In this document: piece by piece, positions 45,827 to 55,136 of the stretch
How positions within the stretch are numbered: the stretch's first letter is position 1
Layout of the letters: each line of letters starts with the position of its first letter
DNA from: Sphaeroforma arctica JP610
Lineage: Eukaryota
Length of the DNA: 55,136 nucleotides
Assembly (NCBI RefSeq): GCF_001186125.1
Contig: NW_014040545.1
Location: 20,504 to 75,639, forward strand
Reading direction: 5' to 3'
The notes under the pieces: generated by a model
What the model was told of the DNA's origin: nothing
What the model saw: the letters and a program-made list of their open reading frames with translations, nothing else
Databases searched by the model: none
Program-made: the position numbers and the translations under genes

Positions 45827-46719
45827 GTCAAATGTCTTCGTAATTTTTTCCGTATACTTGTTGGTAATGTGATGGAGTGCCGGTAGGGTAGTGTCCTGTA
45901 ACTGGTTCAACCGCTAAGTCCAGGGTCATTAATGATCGCCTGGGCTTCAGGTAGCGCATCAGTAGAGTTGGCAAACGGAAGTGGCGACGACCAAAATACA
46001 CACTGAAAGATACACTCTTAAGTTGGCGAACATCGTGAAAAGAAGTCGTTCATCCCACCTCAAAGGCACTGCTTCACAACACTGTCTAACAGACCGGTTG
46101 GGGTCAGTACAGCGGTGACACCTTATGCAGTATATCCACTTAATGGACTATGAGTTTCACTATACTGTCAGTGAATTTGGTGCTTGTGTCTGTCTGGATC
46201 AGTCGCGGGAAACTATGTTTGCCAAAAAAAAATTATATCGAACGTCTGTACCGTCGTGTCTTTTATCTTATCAGGTGTCGCTCTAGAGAGTGAGTAACCT
46301 GTAGCGATATCTAACGCGTAAAGGATATATTTGTTCACCTCTGTGACTCGAGTGGCACAGGAATGTAATCGACCCCTATGTGATCCCATGGGTAGCGCGC
46401 GCCAATGCTGATCATCGGATGGAAACTTTTACGCAGCGTGTTCTGACCAAGGCATGTACCACATTGTGGCTTGACTTCAGTCGCTAATTCGAGGGCGCCA
46501 AGCCACACATGTCCGTTATGTCGGAGTTGTTCATGAGTGAGCTGTGTGCGACGCAGTTGCTCTTCTGGTGTCGCTTGGGCAAATGTGGGTTAGCCCTCTG
46601 TTGCGGCCATGGCCACCGATATATTGCGAGCAGTGTCTGTACACATTGTGTAGATGATGCGACGAGGCTCTGCATACCCAAGTCGCTGCGAGAACGCCGA
46701 ACTTATCTTATCCCTTTTG

Positions 46720-47110
46720 GGTTGACCTACTTTTACTACTACAGTATGGCCCCATAATGTCTTGCCACATGAGTACTTGGCATACTTCAAAAAGGTATGT
46801 GGGGTACGAGGCACTATCACCGGTTCTGAATGCAATAACTGTTCGAATAAATCAAACGACGGAGCTCTCGGTAACCAAGGCAGACAGACTGTTGCCCTTA
46901 CCCCGTCTGATTTGACCTTCCGAAGCATCTCATGTATTTTCTCACGTGTAGGATTCAACCGGTTACCTGGGACCAGTCATATGCGAACGCTCCTTCCCTG
47001 ACATTCTTCGTCCAAAACCGATGTAGTTAAGCATTGGTTAGGTCTGTCCGCAAAGATGTTGATGTTTTTCGGTACGAAATGTTGTTGAGCTTGTTCAAAG
47101 TAGCTGGGAG
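46720..47110 (-). pseudogene. Degenerate Dam-like methyltransferase domain of element 2
   Basis: SPSYFEQAQQHFVPKNINIFADRPN and LNPTREKIHEMLRKVKSDGVRATVCLPWLPRAPSFDLFEQLLHSEPVIVPRTPHTFLKYAKYSCGKTLWGHTVVVKV are collinear with the element 1 MTase. Confidence 0.75.
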
Positions 47111-48546
47111 AAACTGCAAACAGCAATCTATGTACAGTTGCAACTTCAAGTTCATCTCTCTCCGCTGTACTCTCGTGGACTCTGCACAACATGCCTGGCA
47201 ACACATTCTTCTCCCCTGGTATGTGTGATATTGTGAGGTGAAACGGTGCAATAATGTGGTGCCACCTCGCATAGGATTAAGTTTGAGTTGTGTGTTCATA
47301 TACACCAGGGCCTTGTGGTATGTGAAGTCTGCAAAACGTTGTCCGTCGAGGTAATCCCTGGCATTACACTAAAGTCGGTAGCTCTGTTGCTGTAACGTAG
47401 TTCTGTTGCGCATGGCTCACCGTCGTGCTGAAGAACACTAAGTATTGCTTCTTCCCGTTGACCCATTGGAACAATGCTCCTCCCAAACCGTGTTCGCTTG
47501 CATCGGTTTCTAAGTTTAATGGTATATCATCTACAGGGAAGTGCAATGCGACTGCATTGATCACTGCGCTCTTTATTGCTTGCCACGCGTGTGCATGCCC
47601 CGATCAATTCATTTGCCTTCAGTTTACAGCATTCTCGTAAAGGTGTCCATGTGTTCGCGAAGTTAGGAAGGTGCTCATAAAAGTAGTTCGCCAATCCTAA
47701 GGCAAAAGCGATATCCTTGTGCCGTAGTGGGGTAGGTCAGTCGAGTTATTCGCCCTCGAGACGACATCATGCGATGTCGGCAATATGCATTCGCCTCGAA
47801 GTCTAGTGCTAAACGGTGGCGTGCGTCGGTAGGCTCAGTGGTGTTGGGTGCTTGACGGCGTGGGATTGGTTCGAGGAGCTCGTCAAGTTCTGTAAGGTCG
47901 ATCGGTGCGAGAGACGATAAAATACCGCCTATGTAAAGGTCCAGCCCCTTCAACATGTCTGGTCTCACTATGATAGCTATTACCGTAGGTAGGCTCATAA
48001 GTCCGAGTAAACTGTCCATCACCTGTGTTCCGTATCGAATGGGCAACACTTCCGTCGTCCCCAGTCGAGGAGTTCGTACCGCCTTGTCAGCTGGATAGAT
48101 GAATGAACCAGGTGGTGCTGGAGCTATTGGGCGGCCAATACAAAAGGTCTTCGGATATCTGTGAGACGCAACTTCTGTTTGCTCCTGTGTCTATCAAGGC
48201 TATGAACGTGCGTTCATTGACTTGCACTTGAATATAGGCTCGGCTATCACATGACAGTAATGGATCCTTTATTGCCATGACTGCATCGATAGTGTTTACA
48301 AACGTCAAGCTCATACCTGACTCAGACACCCTCACTTCTCATTCACGCTCGGCGACTGGCTCCCATCCCCCATGGTTGTTCTCTGGCGCCGGTGCCTCGT
48401 TGCTATAATCATCCGTGAGTATCGCGTTGATGTGTGCGTCGGTAGCTTTGAGTAGAGGTGCGAAGTCGTCGTCCTGTGTTATCGTGTTGTCCTGTAGTTC
48501 GGAGATGTGTCAGTTGGCAGAAAAATCTTTGTCTGGGTTGTTGTTC

Positions 48547-48918
48547 TGCCCTTGTCTTGAGGTAAGGTTGATGCAGGTTGCTGTGCGGCCTGTGTATCTC
48601 TCTGCGGAAGGTTCTGGTCACATTGGCGTGCACGGCTGTCGTTACCCTCTGGATGTGTTGCTCGACAATGATGAGAGCGTGGGATGTGTCGTGTACCCGG
48701 TGGTGCCTGTGATCGACAACCGACACATATATTACTGTCCTTGTCTTGAGGTAAAGGTTGATGCAGGTTGCTGTGTGGGCTGTGTATCTCTCTGCTGAAG
48801 GTTCTGGTTGTATTGGCGTGCACGACTGTCGTTACCCCCTGGATGTGTTGCTCGACAATGATGAGAGCGTGGGATGTGTCGTGTACCCGGTGGTGCCTGT
48901 GATCGACAGCCGACACAT
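48547..48918 (-). repeat. ~190-bp tandem duplication in element 2 gag, each unit encoding a Cys/His knuckle-like motif
   Basis: 48547-48728 vs 48736-48918 are near-identical; unit contains CVGCRSQAPPGTRHIPRSHHC. Confidence 0.9.
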
Positions 48919-49926
48919 GTAGTAGTTGTCGTTGCTTGGAGTCGTTGTGCCCAGTTCTGCGTCTGCCTCTGTGTAGCACCGTCTGAAGGTTCGGGTGACT
49001 GTGTGTATAGTCGCGGGCTCCGTTGGTCGTCACGTCCCTATTATCACGGTTTTGGAGTCGAGCTGTTGTACGTTGCTGGGCATCCTGTACGTCGGGACTC
49101 GATAGTTGCAGTAGCTCGTGTGTCTCCATTAATTGCCACTTCAGATGTAGTTGGAGAGTCCGTTCGTACGTGCGACCTCTAACAACAGTACGATGCAGTG
49201 GTTCAACAGGTTTTGTTGAACGTCTGTGTCAGATTGACAACGTCCATGTACCCGTCTATGGTTTTCCCTGAGCGGAGTCATTTGTTCCATGATGAGAGTG
49301 TGCATGTTCCTACTGTGGCCTTTGGCTAGCTTGCGAAATGAGGGGTAGACTGTTGCCTGCGTCTCATTCAAACACGCCTGCTTTATTTGCAACGATGGGA
49401 TTCACATCTTCAAACGTTCAGAGTTGTCTCGTATGTAGTCTAGTGTTGATTTCTCTGTTTTGAAGTGAGATAATACTTCGCGGAACCATGTAAGGCTCCA
49501 ACTCTCGTCCAGGCCGGCGATTTGTGCATACTTGAAGGCTTATAGAAGTGTATCTCTCGTGTTGCGTTCCATATTATCATGCAGGTGATATCTGTTTGAT
49601 GATCAATTGATCCAGGTGTGATGGCACTGGACGTATCTCGACTAGCTTGGACTCGAGTGTAGCCCGGAGTGTTGTTTCTATTGTTCCCCGGAGAGCATTA
49701 GCTCGAGCCATGTTGTCATATTTGTTGCTTGACATAGTCGAAGTATGCGTACATGGAGTGATTGACGACTCTTCTCGGTACTCTCTGGTGTGAGTAGAGG
49801 TGCGGTGGTTTCCTTCCCTTGCTGCTTGTAAGTGTGCACATAATCACTAGTCGCTTGAAAGACTTCCTCTGCTGATGCTTGCGAAAGTTCGTGTTCAATC
49901 GGTCGTGCACGTTCTTCAGAGCTTTC

Positions 49927-50238
49927 TTTAGCATCTAGGAACCAGATTATCAAAAAGACAATCCCAATTCCAAAATCTAGAATCATCAAATTTTGAGTTT
50001 TGGAATTAGGACTGCAATATTCCTGGTATTAAAGTCATCAAAAATATTAGCGGTAGAACCGGTAAGCTATACCGGGACACCGCGTGTGAGAGAAACACTC
50101 AAATAGAAAACCTGAGCCTAGTGAATTAGAACACACAAATAAAGACTCAGTTCGAGTTTCTCAGACTATGGACTTTTCCTAGCTGAGATAACCGAATTTC
50201 TTTGGCTCGTACCTTTCAGCTACTCTCCATACTCTAAT
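49927..50238 (+). repeat. 5' LTR of element 3 (termini mutated)
   Basis: Aligns over ~310 bp with 53828-54160. Confidence 0.85.
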
Positions 50239-53200
50239 TTTTTTTTACAATATCATTACTTAGATAAGTCAAGTAACTTACACTTAACAAAGTAAAATAG
50301 AAGTGGAGTATACTACCAAAGTATCAAAGAAACTTTATATTGAACAAGCTTTATTCCAAAGAAGGGATACTAGAAGAAGCCTCAACAAGGAACCAAGGAA
50401 GCGACGTGTTCCACCGGACAGACGTGTTCCCACCAGCTAGCAGGTATTGGTAGCAAAGGACCCAACAAGAAGTCAGTAGAGGAAGCAAAGACCAAGCCAC
50501 TACTCACTAGCATAAACCAAGGTAGAACAAACCCAGGTAACAGTATCGTGTTGAGGCGTGACGTTCTATATAGCCAAGGTGAACATATAGAGAGAAGAAC
50601 AAATAAGTGTCAAATTTAAGGCACACGCTAGTGAAAATTGATAAGCTGTCACAGTGATTTGTTTATCAATGTTGGGGATTTTTGGGATATTTCAAATAAG
50701 AAAACATCCCGACGTTAGGACTCCCAAGAAGAACATCACTACACTTCAGCAGGATACCTCTAGACAAGTAGCAATAGCACAGTACATGGTAAAGAGACCA
50801 ATTAACAAACTGTGGCTCAATTAGAGCAGTCCAATGAGACATGCAAGCGTCAGAAACGAACATCATCATGGACAGATAGATCATTTCAACGTGCACATAA
50901 CCAATAACACAATAAGAGGGTCAGCATTAGGCTGGACACACCAATATAACACTATGCAACAGCTATATGGAATGGCTAGTATCAACTAGACAATTCACAA
51001 GAAGCATCTTTAAGCCTCAAGTGATATCTGAGATCAGAGGATCCTTATTGTTATAGACAAGAAGTATCATTTTAGTCACAAGTAGTTTCTAAGATGAAAA
51101 GATTCTTAATAGCTAAGCATACGAGAGCGACACTCAATCACAGAGTAAAGCCAGACCAGACCATACAAGATCACACTTGCAATCAGACAAGACCATACTT
51201 GTCTAAATCAGACAAGGACGACGAGATCACACACGATCGTACTAATTGACTAGATCACTAGTACACACATCAAACCCAAACAAAGGTGACTACACACAAG
51301 GCTTAGCATACACACCACAACACTGCGGGTGAGACCAGAAGGCTAATGCACACAACCAGAACAAGGAGTATGTGTGAAATTAAGGATTTAGACCTGAAAG
51401 CACACCATCAGGACATGCGAGAACGAAATTGAACTCAAGACAAGACATAACATCGAGTGCGTCTCAAAATAGCACACAACCACACACCGAAGACCTGATC
51501 AAGTATAATTAGTACCCAAGAAAAAAACGATCAAGAAAGGAAGGAAGTGATGTACACATGCGAAATGAGATCTAGCAAAACATATCAATAAACACAAAGT
51601 ATATTTTATGGAACAATACTGCCCACAAAGGTTGATAAAACAACACACGAACACACCCCATCAACCTGATCGAGTACAATTAGTACTCAAATAAAGATCA
51701 AGACATGGCAACGATGAGGTACTCATGTTGAATGAGTTCGATCAGATCACACTCGTAAAGACATAAAAGACATAACACAAACACTAGCACTGGCTGCACA
51801 AGAGGAACAAGGTCCCAACGCAGATCACTGAGCAGAAATAGAACACTCGGCCAAGTGCATGTCAGAACATAATCGCAAGTAGCAAAGTTCACACGATACA
51901 CACGACACAAAGTGATCAGATCACACGCTACCAACACACATGCGCACATCAGCACGATATACACGATATAAAGTGATCAGATGATACGCTATCAAACCAC
52001 AGGCGCATAGTAGTCGGATACGAAGATATAAATATCAATAAGATTGCAGGATCGCGTATCATCGCAAAAGAGACTGAAATCTCGCGTCAAAGCGATGACT
52101 AAGCAGTAACAGACTCTATAATTACAACAACACAGATGTGAACACATTTGTGCCAAGCATCTGAAAAATAAAGAATCTCCTGTGTAGCAACACACACACG
52201 CAACACAGGAACACGATCAACAGGCGCTCCTAGGACTGAACATCACGAAAAAGTCAAGACGACTGAGATCAACAGTGAATCCTGCACAGCAGAACAACTT
52301 GCTACAGGACGAGAACATTACACGAGTCCAGAACATAAAGGTGGTCGTAAATATCAAGTAAGTTCGGTACAACACAGAACATCTCAGATCGCAGTGACGC
52401 CATCACAGTTCGGTACAGAACCGAACTTCCTCGGTTCCGTCAACAGGACCGAACTTTCCCGGTGACGTCACTAAGACCGAACAACTCATTATGATCACAC
52501 ATGAGAAAGGGCGGAAGCAAACATGATTGACCTGGCTGACCGGCTCAATGTAAAAACTGATGAAGAAACGTTGTTAATAAATGCAAGTAATATAAGTTAC
52601 CAACCTTTATCCTTACTTCCTGCACCACGAGACCAACGATTACACATTGACAAACAGATTAATGGCAGTACATAACGCTCGTGCATGGACAAAAGTATAG
52701 TAGCTGAACTATACCTCTTAGTCAGATCGCAACCGGAATATATACAATTAGCACAACGCATGGGTCAACCCAAGAATGTGACATTAATTATGGAGGAAGG
52801 AAAACCTCTCAGTGTTTTGAAGTGTTGGACCTCCCTAACAAGAAGGCACCAAAACTTCTCGGTATGGACACCCTACCATACATAGGTATATACATAGCAG
52901 GATTAATCAATACATTTATACCAACAGATGCAAAATGGGAATCACTCCTCAGGCCACATGAAGAGGACCCTGAGCATGAACAAGAAAGTTTTAGAGAGTC
53001 ACTTGTAGAACTCTTAGACATAAATGCGAACATACCTCCTGACATACATGGCAACCTACCAGGCTCTACAGTCACAGTACCTGCAAATAAAACTAATGTC
53101 AGACAAATGAGGCACGCCAAAGTCAGCTTTGTACCTCACAAGTATATTCCGCAAACGGACGAGAATGTACGGAAGTGACTTACAGATGAACACATATGCA

Positions 53201-53827
53201 AACGAAGTACACCAACAACAGTGAATCTACCTTTGTTATCAACAGGTGAGAGCGACCATCCAGGTCTCCCCAAAAGAGTTAGAACATGTTTAGACTTACG
53301 CGTGATCAATTACCAATACAAACAAGATAAGTTTGTGCTACCAAAAAAAAGAAGAAGTCCTGCACAACCTACAAGGAGCACCATTCTTTTCCGAGTTGGA
53401 TCTCACAGGAAGGTTCCACCATTGTCGGAACATATATTTGTTTAACGAAGTAACTTTATTTTCATAATACATACTGGCTATATAGTATAATAATTACCAT
53501 GTGCCTTTTTAAGATATTATTAAAATTATTCAGCTAAAATATTCGCCGAAATATATTTTGGGCTTAAAGGGTTTTTAGGGTTTGAGTCTTATAAGTTCGT
53601 CTCAACACTCTCCTGAATTGGAAGCGAAAGGACAGAGTATATACATAGTTGCATATATGTTGGGTTGGTAAAGAACTCCCGTCATAGTATAAATTTGGTT
53701 GATAGGTAATATGTAAGAATATATAATGGTGGCACGTTTTTCATCTTATGCCTCCTAAGGGGTAAGTTTTTCCCTTTACAAAACACTTTCTACTTCTACG
53801 CAGGCTATGAAGCACAAAGTTGGGGGC

Positions 53828-54160
53828 TGTAGCATCTAGGGACCAGATTATCAAAAAGCCAATCCCAACCCCAAAACCTCAGAATTGTCAAATATTGAGT
53901 TCTGGAATTAGGATTGAAATATTTCTGATATTAGAGTCATCAGAAATATTAGCGGTAGAACCGGTAAACTATACCGGGACATCGCGTGAGAGAGAAACAC
54001 TGAAGTAGAAAACCTGAGTCTAGTGAATTAGAAAACACAAATAAAGACTCAGTTCGGTTCTCTCAGACTTTGGACTTTTCCTAGCTGAGATAACCGTACT
54101 TGAGAAGAGGACTATTATATCCTTTGACTCCTCCCTTTCAGCTACTCTCCATACTCTACA
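53828..54160 (+). repeat. 3' LTR of element 3
   Basis: TGTAGCATC...ACTCTACA termini; AATAAA inside; preceded by a G-rich PPT-like tract. Confidence 0.88.
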
Positions 54161-54786
54161 TTTTCCCCCATGTCGATTTTGCTTCGCTAAAACCTGCTTG
54201 CGCGCACAATCCTGGAGTGGTTGGCCATCATCCAAAGACAGCTGACCCTCCGATACTGGTGATTCATACCCGATTCCACGATGTGGCCGAGTGGGGCCGT
54301 GGATTTGACACCGGACGCCCACGCTTTCGCGAGCTATTATTCGTCTCTGTAGTAGGTATGGGCCGCACTGGAGAAGTACGTTGCAGACGTTGTTCGTATT
54401 TGTCAGGCAGGGGCCTCTGTTGCGCCATCAACTGTGTCAGTTTCTGTGCAGAATACTGGTCAAGCACGTTACCTTTGTTGTTGCGTCGATGATGACGTCT
54501 GCGCTTGCCTGATGGGAGGCATGGTTGACTGTTGCTTGGTTTGCTGTTTCCACCTGGGTAGGTGCTTGCCGTATTGGAGACTGCTGGTCTGAAAATGACT
54601 GCTAGTCTGAGGACGATGAGCCGGAATTCTCCAAAGACGAACGAAGACAGACCGTTACTAGCTACATTTTTACCAGTAACAATATGATCGTGATCCGCAC
54701 GTAGGTCGGAGCACTGCCTAATGCGACGTGATTCTCATGGAGGTTAGGCTCGGCTCCGTGTGCTCGTGGCGTCTACTTACGGTCAA

Positions 54787-55135
54787 GGAACCCTTGATTC
54801 ACCTGATTATGTTCGTCCGGATCCTTCTCAGGTTGCTGGTTGATGTGGTCCGGATTGGGCTGGCGACGCTTAGTGCCGCGCCGGTCGATGTCGTCTTCCT
54901 TGCGGCGCTCAGGGTTAACGTGCTGCTGTCGACGACTTTGTCGGGAGTCAGACATGATGCAGAAAGTTGATTTCAATTGGAGTCTTAGAAATGTGTGAGA
55001 TCGAACTATAGGCGGACTTAAAATATATCGCCCCACCACATACACACCCTTTTCAAACCTAGAGCTCGATCAACGAATAAACCGGAACCCTTGATTCGCC
55101 TGATTATGTTCGTCCGGATCTTTCTCAGGTTGCTG
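54787..55135. repeat. Direct repeat with ~297-bp offset; second copy runs off the window
   Basis: GGAACCCTTGATTC(A/G)CCTGATTATGTTCGTCCGGATC(C/T)TTCTCAGGTTGCTG at 54787 and 55084. Confidence 0.85.
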
Positions 55136-55136
55136 A

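Larger units (their letters stand above)
49927..54160 (+). mobile_element. Ty3/Gypsy element 3, internally deleted (LTR, decayed gag, PR, RT N-terminus, LTR)
   Basis: LTRs 49927-~50238 and 53828-54160; PPT-like AAAGTTGGGGGC before the 3' LTR; protease remnant LLGMD (~52860); RT N-terminus VRTCLDLRVIN (~53285); flanks CTTTC / TTTTC as a probable 5-bp TSD with one mismatch. Confidence 0.85.
45827..55136 (-). mobile_element. Ty3/Gypsy element 2 (gag-PR-[RT core deleted]-RH-MTase-H2C2-INT), heavily decayed, interrupted by element 3 and cut at 45827 by the element 1 LTR
   Basis: Protease FIALIDTGANRSCVS (~48190); RT thumb remnant ~47650-47760; RNase H LETDASEHGLGGALFQ (~47500); MTase remnants 47110-46720; CGTC...YPWDHIGVD...YILYALDIATGY...FPRLIQTD integrase (46560-45830). 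Gag-like low-complexity ORFs at 48340-49926 and 54161-55136; assigning the last segment to this element is an inference. Confidence 0.8.

Overview
Eukaryotic, intron-rich genomic DNA with GT-AG introns, (TA)n/(TG)n tracts and two assembly gaps. The animal-like APC1 and GMPR would fit a unicellular holozoan such as an ichthyosporean, but that is a weak inference. The left 38 kb holds host genes: the 3' end of a 66-bp-repeat coiled-coil ORF, a SelO/YdiU AMPylase gene with an in-frame N-terminal EGF-like exon (minus), a ~24-kb multi-exon APC1 gene (plus), a GMP reductase with an intronless CDS (minus), and a two-exon PHD-finger + HMG-box-like gene (minus). The right 16 kb is a nest of three decayed Ty3/Gypsy LTR retrotransposons. 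Best candidate for a new system: two diverged Gypsy elements with DDE integrases both carry a Dam-like DNA adenine methyltransferase domain, of the kind known from DIRS tyrosine-recombinase elements, between RNase H and integrase. All three elements also have an in-frame TGA just upstream of the protease. Second theme: many introns of APC1 and SelO contain decayed copies of nearby exons. All splice models and alignments were made by eye.
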